From the NCBI GenBank assembly GCA_951406725.2, contig OX597816.1, positions 49,166,001-49,230,000 of the forward strand: 64,000 nt of DNA. Direction: 5' to 3'. The notes below the pieces were generated by a model that had not been told where the DNA came from, did not search any database, and saw only the letters and a list, made by a program, of their open reading frames with translations. A program made the position numbers and the translations under genes. This document shows positions 26,352-40,679 of this stretch, piece after piece. Source of the stretch: Octopus vulgaris (Eukaryota). Position 1 is the stretch's first letter. Each line of letters begins with the position of its first letter.

Positions 26352-26959
26352 GTTTATCTATCTATATGCATATATATGCATATCAGGCTCCTTAGTTTCC
26401 GTTTATGGAATTTCATTCATGATATGTTTACCAACCCGAGGTTACAATAGAATACATTTGCTCGAGATGCCATGCATTGTGATCGAATGCAAGCCACATG
26501 GTGGTACAACGAACGTCTTTACAACGTAGTTATGGTTGGTCCTTATTACGTTATCGTTTCATTTTTGTTACTTTCGGTACTCTTTCCGATTGATTAAGCA
26601 CGTGAATTACTGTATGGAATAAAATTTTATTGATGTCGAGTTTTTCCTTTTCAGAAAAGTTTCTGAAAGTTTTGCTGTAGAATACTTAACTAATGAATAG
26701 AAACAAGATTAAAGAGAAAAGTTTAGCTTTAGGATTACAATATTTTTCATATTTTCAATGAACAATCTGAATCTATTTACATTTCATTTGAGATTAAAGA
26801 AGAAATAATTTTATATACAGCATATCAATTCTTTTAAATTTAATTTTGAACTTTCATTCGTAAAACGATACAAAGATGAAAAACAAACGGAATGCATTTT
26901 CAATGAATCTATATGCATTAAATGAAGAGAAGGCGTAACTAGAATATTATTATCTTCAA

Positions 26960-27002
<43 letters not shown>

Positions 27003-27424
27003 ACACTTCAACACACACATATATGTGCAAAATTTGTATAAGCAAGCACAGAAATACACGCATATATATGTGCATATATTTATAAACACTATAATGAAAA
27101 ACTGCAAGATTTGATTATGTAATCTAACATACAGCTAAAATTTATTAAATTGTTATTCGTACCTACCAACCATTTCAATATAGGATGCTTCTTCAGTCAA
27201 ATATGAGTAACCGTTTGCTAAGTCTAAGTGACTGTCAACAACTTTAGCGCTTGTGACTATCAGCGAGTAACTGAAGCATACGGTAGAAGACCCAAGCAAT
27301 GAACAGATAAAATGTATGGTTACTGTATATACCAAAGCAATTTGTACTTAATTATGTCCAACAGCGCGCATATATTTTCCCACGGAAGATACACTCACAC
27401 ACACATACATATACACTCACACAC

Positions 27425-27494
<70 letters not shown>

Positions 27495-28040
27495 CGAGCA
27501 AAACGCCCCCGTCCAATGGACGGTGCTGAATCATATCTGCTGAATAAAAAAGCAATTAGTGTTTTCTTTTCATTAAAAAATAATTAAGCATGCCTTTATT
27601 ACAATAAAATTTTTGGTTTTGTGAAACGAAGTTAAAGCAAAAAAAAACCTTCTTTAGAAACCAAATAGTCTTACCTTCCTTCATGCCAAGTTTGAAGAAA
27701 ATATCTCTTTTGCATCTTCCTTTTTGGGTCACTTAAATATACTGCCTTTTGTGGCATTATTTCAAGCCCGTCGGCTCTTTTTGCGCAAACTGCACGTGTA
27801 TTTTTCTCGCGTACGCGTAGTATCGATCGCAACAGCTGATGTACTTGCGCGTAGAAATGCACGTTCCTACGGCTTTATCGATTGCATTCTCACCTGGAAT
27901 CAATTTTTGTAATTTTTTTCAAGACTTATCCACGCCCTGATACCGTCGGTATCTACATATCAAATTTGAGCGCAATCGGATGGAGGATGCCCGAGACCCT
28001 AGAAGACACACTCACACAGACAGAACGGATTTTATATAAC
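27495..28040 (-). mobile_element. Non-autonomous Helitron-like element (second family)
   Basis: Minus-strand 5' tatataaaatccgttctgtctgtgtgagtg and 3' hairpin CCGTCC-att-GGACGG followed by CTCG|T. Inserted in (TA)n. Confidence 0.65.
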
Positions 28041-28224
28041 ATGTATGTATGTATATATATATATATATATATATATTTGAGTAATTGAATGAATTATCTT
28101 ATTAAGGCTAATTCGAAAGATAACCGATACCTGGGTAGCAAATTCACATCAGAAAGAACACGGTTGAAGCTACGTCGCTAGGGCGTAGACTACGTGTCTT
28201 CGTGCGGAAATTTGTATGTTTATT

Positions 28225-28316
28225 TTAAAATTATAAGTATATGAAAGAATGGACTTGAACGAATAAAGGATATTTGTTAACTATTCGTTCAACTCCATTC
28301 TTTCATATACTTATAA

Positions 28317-28322
<6 letters not shown>
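28225..28322. repeat. Inverted repeat, ~41-bp arms
   Basis: ttaaaattataagtatatgaaagaatggacttgaacgaata / tattcgttcaactccattctttcatatacttataattttaa. Confidence 0.85.
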
Positions 28323-28353
<31 letters not shown>

Positions 28354-28843
28354 CTACAGACACACACATAAAAAGTATATATGAATGTGCGTGTTTGTGT
28401 CTGTTCGTGCTTTTTTTATGTGTGTCCCCGCGTGAATGTGTGAAATAAAATTTTACTTGTTACATTTCCATTACATTTCCAGCGACTTTTACAGTGCATG
28501 TGTTGATGTCGACCGGTATATTTCTATATTACCACTTATTGGCGTTCATTGTTATTCGAAGCATACATTCATGCAAACTACATCTAATTAATTTTCCATT
28601 TCAAGAAAGAGAAAATTACAATTTCGTTAGTTTTCATAATACTTCTCTCCTCCATAAATTTTTGCTTTCATTTTCAGGCTCCGTTTCAAAATTGCTTTCA
28701 TAATTCTCTTTCAGTCGTATGCAAACATAAAGATACACAGACATACATATTGCAAACATACAACAAGTACACTTATGCGCAACGCAAAGCGTGTTCCTCA
28801 GATCACAACTTGCTCTCTTTATTCTGTTTATATGTGTGTAAGG

Positions 28844-29255
28844 AGGCGGTGAGCTGGCAGAAACGCTAGCGCGCCGGGCGAAATGCTTAGCGGTATTTCG
28901 TCCGTCGTTACGTTCTGAGTTCAAATTCCGCCGAGATCGACTCTGCCTTTCATCCTTTCAGGGTCGATAAATTATGTACCAATTACGCACTGGGGTCGAT
29001 ATAATCGACTTAATCCGTTTGTCTGCCCTTGTTTGTTCTCTCTGTGTTTTGCCCCTTGTGGGTAGTAAAGAAATGGGTATTTCGTCTGTCGTTACGTTCT
29101 GAGTTCAAATTCCGCCGATGTCGACTTTGCCTTTCATCCTTTCGGGGTCGATAAAGTACCAGTTTCACACTGGGGTCGATGTAATCGATTTAATACCTGT
29201 GTCTGTCCTTGTTTGTCCTCTCTATGTTTAGCCCCTTGTGGGTAGTAAAGAAGTA
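28844..29255 (+). mobile_element. SINE family B dimer inside one TSD
   Basis: A full unit plus a 5'-truncated unit. TSD tatatgtgtgtaagg at 28829-28843 and 29256-29270. Confidence 0.9.
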
Positions 29256-29767
29256 TATATGTGTGTAAGGGACAACAAGAAAAACACCTACACTGTAGCT
29301 AACACTGCTAGAAGTAGCATCCAAAACACTCTCAAATCTTAGTCTACCGTCATGCAAAACAACATCACCTATTACTATAGCTCTAGGTTACTTTCACCTG
29401 CGATAACGAGCTAAACATCAACACACACACACAATGGAATGATATTCAATGGTAGTCCTACAAAGACGGCTCCCCAATTTCTTGGTGAGTTACCTGCACA
29501 AACGATTTGTTTGTAGTCATCAAATGAGTATGTTGTACATTAGCTCACTTTTCCATGAAATCGACGATGCCCGTACAGGTTCATGGTGTACCACACCTCA
29601 GGTGTCGAAGTGATCGCAAAACAAGGTAGGATGAAGTGATTTGTTCAAGAATGCAATAGGAGATCCGGTTCAGGATTTGAAACCACCATCCCCCTCGATC
29701 ATGAGTACAGCATCCTAACCACTTGGCCATGCGTATGTTTTCATATATATATATATATATATATATT

Positions 29768-29916
29768 GTATTACATACATATAAGAGGGAATTACCACTA
29801 TGTGGAAACCCTAATGCTAGAAGTAGATCCGCTATGGTCATTACCACTAAGAATTGTTCTCTTGAAAATTTAGGGTTTCCACATATTGGTAATTCCCTCT
29901 TATATGTTTGTAATAC
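29768..29916. repeat. Inverted repeat, 47-bp arms, adjacent to (TA)n
   Basis: gtattacatacatataagagggaattaccactatgtggaaaccctaa / ttagggtttccacatattggtaattccctcttatatgtttgtaatac (2 mismatches). Confidence 0.85.
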
Positions 29917-30004
29917 TATTTACTGAACCTCGGTTTTTTAATATGCTAGACCACTGGTGTTAAATTGATGTTACCAAATTAATATCCAATTTTTCACCGT
30001 AATT

Positions 30005-30053
<49 letters not shown>

Positions 30054-31979
30054 CACATTGTAAATGATCTTCCTATAGTTGTCGGTTTTGCAGTCATGGA
30101 CACAATGTGGCCTGAAGGGCTTACTGAGTGGCATGCTTAAACGAACAGTTACCTAGGAAATTTTTGTAGTGCGGCCCGCCTGATAATAAAACATGTCAGA
30201 TGAGGTCCACTTCTCAAAATAGGTTGCGGATACTTGCATTATAAGTTTTTACTGCAATGTAACATGTTACGTTTTGTGCCATATTAAATAAATTGCATAA
30301 CTAACTGCATGTTGGTTACAGTTATTGCTTTCTGAATTATTCTCTACTATACATAATAAAAATTTATTCTGGACCTTGTAAATTAATTTTCTGTACAAAT
30401 TCTGCACCAACAGAAATAAAAATGAACTGCAGAGAGAAGAATAAAAAAGAAAGCATTTAAATATATATATGCATTTTTGTCGGTTGTTGTTATGTTGTTT
30501 TTATTAAAATTTTAATCGTAAATGAAAAATGACATGCATATTATTTGCATTCTGAATGCAAACATAAACAATTAAGTGAGCACAAATAAACAAGAATTAA
30601 ATAAAATACAAATCTCTGTATGTTGCAAAGCTGCTTTAATAAATAGAAACAATCAAATCAAATATTTTCGGATGTCTAAAATTAGACCATTATCCAAACA
30701 GTTTTATTTATTGATTTGAAGAACAGTTTTTGACGCAAGTATTATTTTTTGAAAGCAGCAGTCTTTGTAATATTGAATTTGTATATTTCATTGCTCATGT
30801 GCGCTTACGTATAATTTTTTAAGTGTTTACATGCATTTTTGTCAGTTTGACCTTTTGGCATAAAAGAAGGTTATATAATAACATTGCTAATGCATTCGTT
30901 TCAAAATACATACCATAATATCAGGTGTCAGTTAAGTTGTCTCTAAATTAAAAAAGAAATATTTACCGAATATTTTTGCGGCAAGTACGAGTCGAATTTG
31001 AAACTGCCCCACTTTAATAATTTCTCCGAAATATCACATTGCTATTTTAGTCTTGTTTTTAACATCAACGCGTGAGAGTCTGCAAGGTAGAGGACATTTA
31101 GTTGAAACTTTGGTAGTTTATATCTACTGTATCACCGACACTGGTTGCATGTCTGTAAACACATACTGCCGTGTAGAAGATCTATTCGTCATTGTGGTAA
31201 TAATGAAATAAAATAATATTTAAAAAACGAGCCTTTCGTTCCACTGGGAAAAGGAGTCAATACTTCCTGCGGGTAAGATAGCGCAAACCAAAGAGAGGGT
31301 CTTTATGCATCAGTCTGATCTACGTAAATGGTAATAACAACTCTCCCTAATCACAACCAACCACCTTAGAAAAAAGGTGCATGCTTACTGCTGTGGTTTC
31401 CTGTGAATGATGTCTGAGGTAGAGACAGTATTTTCACGACTGGAAGTTCCAGTAAAAGCTGACATGCGCAATGAGATTTGATCAATAATAATAATGTAGA
31501 GAAGATACACTGCAATGGTCTTTAATAATCTGCTACATAACCTGAGATAGATTATCGTAATTCTATATCACAATATATCCGAAATCTTGTCAGATGGATG
31601 GATGTTTATGGAGATATGGTATACAAAATTTCTTTGCAAATTGCTTTTTTTGTTAAACAGTTGAGGTTTTTGCAAACTAAATAAATAAAACACGGGCTCA
31701 AAATCAACTTACAGGCCTACATCAAGTGCGTGGAGGTGGCAGTGCTTTTTCTGGGTCAAGACGCGGGCTGCTGGAAGACCCTCCTATGTCTAGCAACAGG
31801 ATTCAGCACCATGTCACACAAGTATGAGAACCCAGTGATGGCTGTCAGACAATTTCTGCGACCACATCACCCTAAACAACAAAACTCCTTGAAACACCAA
31901 AGATGAACTGAAGACAAGGATTATGGCAACATTCACCAACTTAAACAAGGAGACAACCCAGAAGAGTTGCAGGAGATTT

Positions 31980-32805
31980 CGAAGTTATATGAATGTGGAT
32001 TATGGAAAAGGCAAGAGAATACCAAAAGAAGCTGTACATGTGTTTCATCGATTACTCCAAAGCCTTTGACAGCATTGATCATGACAAGTTATGGAAAGTC
32101 TGGAGAAAATGGGAACACCTTTACAGCTTGTCCAGCTTATTAGATCACTCTATCAAAACCAAGAGGCTACAGTACGGACACCATATGGCGACAGTGATTG
32201 GTTTGAGATTGGAAAAGGCACTCGGCAAGGTTGCATCATGTCACCAGCAGCCTTCAACATGTACGCTGAGAAGGTCACGAGGAATGCAGGCCTGGAGGAT
32301 AGTAGCATTGGAGTGAGGATTGGAGGAAGAAATATTAATAACCTTCGCTATGCAAATGATACAACCCTGCTGGCGGAGAGTGGTAAGGATCTGGAGGATC
32401 TTGTCCTGCTGGTCAAGAAAGAGAGTGAGAAATTTGGGCTGTACCTCAATGTTAAGAAAACGAAGATCATGTCAACAGCAGCCACAACTCCTTTTCTACA
32501 AAATAAATCGAGATGGTGACTGCACTCCAGAAATAAGACGGCGGATAGTACTAGGCAGAGAGGCAATGGTCAGCATGAGCAGGGTCTGGAAGAGTAGAGA
32601 CATCAGACTCGCTACCAAATGCAGATTGGTGAATGCAATTGTCTTCCCAATAGCAACATATGGATGCGAGACCTGAACTCTAAAGAAAGCTGACCAGAAG
32701 AGAATTAATGCATTCGAGCTTTGGTGTTGGAGAAGACTTTTGCGGATTCCATGGACAGCGAGACTCACCAATGGAGAAGTTCTTAAGCAGATAAGGCCGA
32801 AAATG
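31980..32805 (+). pseudogene. RTE/BovB-type LINE reverse transcriptase fragment
   Basis: CFIDYSKAFD, GTRQGCIMSP, NNLRYAND (YADD mutated), IVFPIATYGCET, AFELWCWRRLLRIPWT. Frameshifted, and truncated by a SINE at about 32806. Confidence 0.92.
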
Positions 32806-33177
32806 GACTGGCGGTTGCACGGATGCGAAAGCTACGTTGTTATCCTCATTCAGTAAACGGTGGCTTTTAACGGATGGAGTGCTGAATCATCCTGGGGTAG
32901 AGAGGATTCGCAATCTAGACTAGGGTCTGAAAGTTTACCACACCATAGTGGGTTACACCATGGTTCCTCTGCTTTGTGGTAGAAGTAGGAAGAAAGAGTG
33001 AGAGAAAGTTGTGGTGAAAAAGTATAGCGGAGTTCACCACTCCCCACCTCCCGCCGGAGCCTCGTGGAGCTTAGGTGTTTTTGCTCAATAAATACTCACA
33101 ATGCCCGGTCTGGAAACCGAAACCGCGTTCTTACGACCGCTTGTCCGCTGCCCTAACCACTGGGCCATTGCGCCACC
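32806..33177 (-). mobile_element. SINE family C (tRNA-derived)
   Basis: Minus-strand head gtggcgcaatggcccagtggttagggcagcggac...gcggtttcggtttcc. Paralogues at 34401 and 38225. Confidence 0.85.
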
Positions 33178-33480
33178 ACTATTGCTGCTGTTGCAGCGGT
33201 GGTCCGCGTTGTAGAAGCTGTTATCATTCTTGACGCTGAAATCGTGGTCAGAGATTTGGTCGACATCGTAACCATCGTCGAAATCGTCGAGGTGTTGACG
33301 CCATGCTCGTCGTCATCATCATCCTCAGAAGCGGCAATTGAGAAACAAAGAGAAATAGCAGTACTAATGACATGTCGTAGAATTTCATATTCGAGACGCA
33401 AGATTTATTCATGACAGCAGAGGATCAAAGTCTTCCTCTTCACAAACGAAATTCATGTACAGTAAGTAGCATATTTTAAA

Positions 33481-33850
33481 TTCTTTTATTCTTTTACTGG
33501 TTTCAGTCATTTGACTGCGGCCATGCCAGAGCACCGCCTTTAGTCGAACAAACAGATCACATAATTATTATTTGTAAGCTTAGTACTTATTCTCTAAGTT
33601 TTTTGCTGCGCCGCTAAGTTACGGGGATGTAAATACATCAAAATCGGTTGTTAAGCGATGGTGAGGGGTGGGGTGGGGGGCAAACATAGACACTCACATA
33701 TACGATAGGCTTCTTTCAATTTCCGTCCACCAGATTTACTCCAAAGGCTTTGGTCAGCCCGAGGCTATAGAAGACGCTTGTCTAAGAGGCCACACTGTGG
33801 GACTGAACCCGGAATCATGTAGTTGGGAAGCAAGCTTCTGACCACACGAC
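33481..33850 (-). mobile_element. SINE family A
   Basis: Reverse complement of the family A head, core and tail. Confidence 0.8.
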
Positions 33851-34400
33851 CAGTCAAAAAACAAAAGAATCTGCAAATGTTTGAAAATGAACTATACACC
33901 TATTTATGTTACGTTGTCCAAGAAGAAGTTCATATAAAGGCATGACAACGTTTGGAATTCCTACGCAAAACTGTATGCAAGCATACTGATTTACCAACAA
34001 AAGGTAGACAGTAGGGACACATCAGAAAAAATCTCAGAGTATGAGAAAAAAATTCTGTAATATATTTATACATATAAAGAGAAATCTGTCAAGAATCTTA
34101 AGTTCTTTTTAGTAGATTATCACAAGATTGAAATAAATAAATCATACATATATAAAGATCTGGAAATAGTGATAACCTGAATATTCATACTGAAAATAGA
34201 AACAGTACTTATAATATGTGCCTCAGTGATGGTTGAGTAAGCTTGCTGACAAGTACATAACCTTCCCAGTTATTCAAAGAAGCACACTATACAGAAAATC
34301 TGCTTTCTGTACGTATGTTATGCAGAATACTAATATAATAGAAAGTACAATACCAAAACAAAACAATATACGTGCAGGCACAAGGCTGTCCTGGTTGTTT

Positions 34401-34920
34401 CTTCTTCTTCTTCTTCTTCTTCTTCTTCTTCTTCTTCTTCTTCCAATCAGGACTCACGCCATTAGCCACAAAGAATGATCTCTAATTCGAGCCTACTCTA
34501 AGCTACTAAGAATGCATGTGGCAACTTGAAGATCCACCCTCTACACGCGATAGACTGGCGGTTGCACGGGCGCGAAAGCTATGTTGTTGTCCTCATTCCG
34601 TAAACGGTGGCTTTTAAAGAGTGGAGAGCTGAACCATCCTGGGGTAGAGAGGATTCGCAATCTAGACTAGGTTCTGAAAGTTTACTACACCATAGTGGGT
34701 TACACCATGGTTTCTCTTCTTTGTGACAGAAGTAAGAAGAAAGAGTGAGAGAAAGTTGTGGTAACAGAGTACAGCGAGGTTCACCCCCTCCCCGCCGGAG
34801 CCTCGTAGAGCTTAGATGTTTTTGCTCAATAAACACTCACAATGCTCGATCTGGGAATCGGAGCCGCGTTCTTACGACCGCGAGTACGCTGCCCTAACCA
34901 CTGGGCCATTGCGCCTCCAC
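34401..34920 (-). mobile_element. Full-length SINE family C with (AAG)n tail
   Basis: tRNA-like head at the 34920 end, (CTT)n at 34401-34442, and an imperfect TSD cct(g/a)gttgtt. Confidence 0.85.
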
Positions 34921-35859
34921 CCTAGTTGTTGTTGCTTGTGGAGTAAAACCAAATATTAGAAATATGATTAAAAAAGAACTTTTTCTTTTTAACCAGTAGA
35001 ATCATTTATACATACTGTGTGTGAATGTATGTAGAATGTACTTTAATAGTAATAAAAAAAGCAATAGATTATTTTCTCTGCTGTAGTCATACTTTTAGTA
35101 GTCTTAATTCATACATAAGTCGGATGTAAGAATGAGCCTCGGCGGGATAAAAAAAAAATTGTTTTGCAAACTTCTCACATAAGCATATGTAAATGTACAT
35201 AAAACATTATATAAAAGTGAAGAGAAAGATAAAATAGTAAACAATGTATTGGAACATATTTACAAAATAATAAAATCCACAGTCATTAATTCAATATATA
35301 CATATGATAGAATCTTTCGTCGAAGTCGAGATATGTGTTCGGCTTTTGCTGAACGATCTGCACAAATGGATGCTTTTATTGTGTTCAAATTTATGTGCTG
35401 AACATTAACTCACTTCCTCCATCAGATCAACATTATTTAGGCAAGTGCACCTCGCGTCAGATGTCCAAGTAATCGCAGAACAATGTAAAATGAAGTGTTT
35501 TGATCAAGAACACAATGCACCACTGGGTCCAATAATTGAAATCACGATATTGCGATCGTGTGTGCGTTACAATACCCACTTTATAAATATGCCAAAAGTA
35601 AGCAGTGTTAGTCGTTATAGTAACCGACTAAGGGATAAAATATCTGAATTTACTATCGGTATCAGTTACCTGTGCTATCCCTTGGCATGGGTATGCAATC
35701 ACACTATGCTCGTAGGGTACACATAACAACAGAAGAAACAAAAGTTTATCATGAATGAACCACTGCACAGCTGTTCATTAGAACAGTTATATTCGTGAAA
35801 TATGTGCGGAGGACCTGCTTCCCAACACACTTCAGATAGGCAGTCCTAGGAAGATTGTC

Positions 35860-36300
35860 GAGATTGTGTCTCGTCTTAAATACCATTGTAGAAGGGTGAT
35901 TGCTACCTGAGCAGCGGGTGTCGAAGGAGAGTGTAGCGAGACCATTCATGCCTTTTCTATATGTCGGAATCACGACAAACTACAGGAATGCATAATTCAG
36001 TCGGTTCTTCTTGGAACCACAGTTTTCAGTAACTTGTGGAGGGCCTACCCCAACATTCGTGAAACTGGTAGTCATAATTTTTGACATAGAACACTGAGCC
36101 ACAGTAATGAGTTTATTACCTCGAAGGCTGTTACTCACATGCAAGATGTGGACAAAGTACATAGGTGTGTTTAAACAAGGGAATAAATGAGGCTGTGGGA
36201 CCCACCGTTTCATGGGAGACACGTAGCTCTGCGAGTTTATGTGTCACAAGAAACACTAAAAATTTAATTTGTTTGAGAAACCTGTAGAGTGTATCTGAGG
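35860..36300 (+). repeat. Unclassified ~440-bp repeat, copy 1
   Basis: Collinear similarity to 37157-37601 (gaatgcataattcagtcggttctt, gacatagaacactga, aaacaagggaataaatgaggctgt). Confidence 0.75.
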
Positions 36301-36859
36301 CTTCGATTTTGAATTTTCGCTACTGAAAATGTATAAATTGTCGTCCGTGCAATTTCTACTTTGTTTAATAAAAATTCGTTGTAATGTCCTGATAGTCAGA
36401 TATCATGGAGAAAATGCCTGCTTCCAAATACTATTTTCTGACGGATAAAAATTATCAAAACTTGAAACCTCTGTAATACTTTTGTAAAATGTTTCTAAAG
36501 CAAGAGAATAACAAAGTCAGATTCAATGTAAAAAAGTACATCTATATGCCAAATTTGAAAGTTTTCACTTAATCACTAAATTTCAAAACGTATGACAGCA
36601 ACAGGAAAGATCGAAGCTCGTTTCCTTCAATTTGAAGCAAAATCGACGGTGGACAAAGAACAATTGTACTCTTATATCTCTTACTGTGACCTTCAATTAC
36701 GTCTTATCTTGCATTGCAGCATCAGGCTATACACAGGTATATTTTTAATTACTTGACACAACGACAGATATGAAAATCAGATGCCCTGACAAATCTTTTG
36801 AAGCCATATCGCTCTCCACATCGTCCTACTATTTCTTAATCTGCTTATTTTAAGACATT

Positions 36860-37150
36860 GAAAGCCCCTAAACTTTTCGTGGAACTGAAGTGTGTTCCTT
36901 TCCTTTCAACTAGTACTTATTACTTCAGCCCTGAAAAGATGAAAGGCAAAGTCGACTTCGACGGTATTTGAACTTAGAACGCAAATAGCCTGAATAAATG
37001 CTGTTGAGAATTTTGCTCAGCGTGCTAACGCTTCTGATGAATCGCCGCCCGACTGACAGCCATAGTAATAGGTTAAAATTTCAATACAAAGCCAATAGTT
37101 TATAAAGGAGTAGGTATGTCGATTACATCGACTCGTGTTCAAATGGTAGT
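36860..37150 (-). mobile_element. Diverged SINE family B
   Basis: gaaaagatgaaaggcaaagtcgacttcgacggtatttgaact core. Confidence 0.7.
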
Positions 37151-37156
37151 CCTGTT

Positions 37157-37601
37157 GAGATTGTCTCGCGAAAATGGTTTCTTCTTAAATACAACTGCAG
37201 AAGTATGATTGCAGCGGGTTTTCAGAGAAGTGTGTCGCGTGACAAGCCATGTTTCCTTTATGTGCTGCCATGTCGGAATCGCGACACACTACACGAATGC
37301 ATAATTCAGTCGGTTCTTATGGAAACCAGAATTTTCTGTGACTTTAGCGGGCTTACTCTCACATTTTTAAAATTGAAGATTATGATTTTCGACATAGAAC
37401 ACTGAATCATAGCGTTGAGTCTATTACCTCGAATGATGTACCCACATGCAAAATGTGGACAAAGCACATAGGTGTGTGTAAACAAGGGAATAAATGAGGC
37501 TGTAGTATCCACCGTTTTATGGGTGACTCCCTGCGAGTTTATGTGGCACAGGAGATACGAAAATGAAAATTTGTTTGAGAAACTCTTAGAGTGTATCGGA
37601 G
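37157..37601 (+). repeat. Unclassified ~440-bp repeat, copy 2
   Basis: See 35860-36300. Confidence 0.75.
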
Positions 37602-38224
37602 ACTTTTGTTTCTGGTATTTTATCGGTCTCAAATGGATTAAAACAGGATTTGAACACAACTTAAAGATAACGAAGAAATACCGCAATGCATTTTCTTTAC
37701 CTGTCTAAGACATTTGCCAAACGAAAACTCTGCTGATTAGGATAGTAATACTAATAATGGTTTCCATTCTATTTTATGCCTAATAGCTTTAAGTTAGTTA
37801 TTAAAAATAAGTCACTTTGGTATAGCCTTAAGAGAGAAGGAGAACGACATTCATCTTTCATCGCTACATTGTGAATAGCTTCAATTTCTACAGAGCAAAC
37901 GGTTTCCTGTTCCAGAGTTTCTTCCGTATAGTTAAGTTGTGCAGTAATGACTGGAGAAATTGATCCTGGGAAAATACAAGAGTCTTCCTGCTTCTTCTGA
38001 GCTGGCAATCTTGCAGTGCATGTACAAATTATTGCAAATGGCTATTTGGTGTCAAATATAAAATAGTTAAAAATGTCTTAAGAGATGGTTTTCGTACTAA
38101 TATCTTAAGAGATCGATCCTCAGAGAACCCAGAGTCTTCTCCTCGTAAAACTGAATCTGCAAAAGGACAAAATTCCACCAGACAGTCCAGCAAAAGGCCA
38201 GAAGACGTGCACCAGGTCAACGAA

Positions 38225-38541
38225 CCTTTCCTTTCCTTTCGCCCTTTTCAAGCATAGCCAGGCTCATGGGTTCAGTTTCCCGGTTCCTGTGGCGTATGTG
38301 TTCCTCCCAGCTGAACAGGACGCCAGTCCATCGCAGCGTTACTCAAGAAACAGGAAGAGAGAGTGAGAGAAAGTTGCTGCGAATGAGTACAACAGGGGTC
38401 GCAACCACCCTCTGCCGGAGCCTCGTGGAGCTTTTAGGTGTTTTTGCTCAATAAACATACACAACACCCGGCCTGGGAATCGAAATCGCTATTCTCCGAC
38501 CGCGAGTCCGCTGCCCTAACCACTGGACCATTGCGCCTCCA
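38225..38541 (-). mobile_element. SINE family C variant with (GAAAG)n tail
   Basis: Same tRNA head and body as 34401-34920, with a different 3' tail. Confidence 0.8.
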
Positions 38542-38863
38542 CAGGACAATGAACACCCAATCCAAAATTCAATTCTTGTTACCAGCTACTTCACAAAACG
38601 GGCATCAAAACTGTTCTTTGCTCTCTCGACAGCCCAGACCTTGTCCCCTGTGACTTTTTGTTGTTTTTCAAGCTGAAAGAGATGAGGTGTGACAATTGTC
38701 ACAGACACATTCTCTTTAGAGGACTTCAATGGGACTTCGTGAAATGGTTGGAGCTCTACAAGTATATTGAAGTAAGAGCATCTTATTTTGAAGGAGCTTT
38801 ACGTCTTTGAAAGTAGTTAGTGTCTCACCTGAAAAAGACTCAAAACTTCTGGAATGCACCTTG
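38542..38863 (+). mobile_element. Mariner transposon 3' remnant
   Basis: Encodes SPDLVPCDFLLFFKLK (YSPDLAPCDF-like). Ends in the TIR-like ttctggaatgcaccttg followed by TA. Confidence 0.6.
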
Positions 38864-39469
38864 TATCTTTAGTACAGTATTCAAAGTGCCCTTCCTTCCT
38901 GCAGTTAGGTTTGATTGGAATTTCTTACATCCTCGATCGGAATTTCTTACATTGATGCTATTTTTCATCAATTCCAATGAATTCACAGCTGAACTAAAAT
39001 ATGGAAAAAATATCGAATTTATAAAGAAAAGGCTAAATATTCAAATAAACCTACAGCAAGTATTTTTTTTGAAAGTTTATAATGGAATGCAATTTTAAAT
39101 AGTTAACGTATTATTAAAGAAAGAGCTAAGCTAAGCAAAATTTACACTTAATAGTAGAAGAATTGATGTTTAATGTAATGCCTGTTGGTTATAGATAAGA
39201 AAAAAAGTTATAGAAAAACACATCATGGTACAAGGCATTTATTGTAATGTGTCCATCAACGAACGTACGATTAAGTATAAATGTAGTCTACTATAGAATA
39301 AATAAATTCAATTTCGGTGTCGTTTGAATGCAACTAATTGTAATATGATAAGAGAAGTTCCTGAAATAACAATAGAGATATTATATCAGTTGCTCCCGAT
39401 AATGTCTCTGTTTAAGCATAACACCGTAGGCTAAAGTGTCGCTATAAACGTTATTATGCGCGTGTATGA

Positions 39470-39537
<68 letters not shown>

Positions 39538-40602
39538 TTATATATAAGTGTGTGTATATACAAGAAAGAAAGAATTATAAACATAATAGACAGATTTTCT
39601 TGCGTATGTAAATATCTTATCTCATAAAGAGTGGAATATCAAATAAGAAATATAAACAAAGCATATTTCTACAGAATAAAATACATGATTCTATTGTCAT
39701 ATCCAGGCGATAATCTATAAGGAAATATTGAGGAAGAATTGATGCGCTGACTGTAATCAGATCGAGCATGAATATTAAGATATTAGAAGTGAAAATGCCC
39801 TCTCAAATTAGATAAACCGAAGGCAGACGACAGGAAATGGTGACATGGCGGAAAACTTATTCATGTTCGTTTTCGTTTCGATAAGTGTATGCATTTTTGA
39901 AATGTATACGTAATGAATATATGTGGTTGTGTTATATATTGCAAATGTGCATATGTTGTATATGATTGTAGTTTGTGATAGATAAACCGTTAGAAAGATC
40001 TACACACACACAAATACATAGATAGTGGGAGCAAAAAAGTACGTGCATTTGTGCGCATGTCTGCGTGTATTTGTATTTAAGACAGATTAAAATAGAGTAA
40101 TTGAAAAGCATTATTTGGTGCATGTTTGTCTGTTAATTTTCTTTTTGCGCGTGTGCGTAATTGTCAGAGTAACCTTTAATCAGCGAGACAACGATTTTAA
40201 TCAATTTCTGAAGAACTTCAGTAATTAATGGAAATCTTAATATGAATTATATTACACTAATCTTAAAAGAATTTACTTTCTGTTTGATGTAAAGCCGATT
40301 TAATGAAACTATATAAGTTAAGTAGAGAAGTATTAAATTAACTGGTAGGAGAAAAAATAGAACAGCTTGGAGAATACAGGTAATAAATATTAGGTTCCAC
40401 GAAGAATTGGACGTCTTGAAAGAAAAAAACAAAACAATGAAAAACTGACAGTTAAAAATGAAATTGTACAAATAGGTTTCAAAAAGTTTATAATGTAGAA
40501 CTGGGAAATTGTCGATATTGATCGATGCAATCGCAGCTTCGCACCTGTAAATTGAACCTAGTTTGAAAGTTAAGAGTATATCCTTACTAATGTCTGTCTT
40601 TC

Positions 40603-40679
<77 letters not shown>

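Noticed and set aside
33100-33177. tRNA-like sequences (also at about 34850-34920 and 38470-38541)
   Set aside because: These are SINE heads continuous with SINE bodies and lack a proper cloverleaf or acceptor stem.
33153-33414. GC-richer ORFs on both strands (DDDDDE / SSSSSS)
   Set aside because: Decayed trinucleotide-like low-complexity sequence next to a SINE, with no splice or domain support.
37769-38220. Short ORFs in non-repetitive sequence
   Set aside because: No recognisable domain and no convincing splice-site pair.
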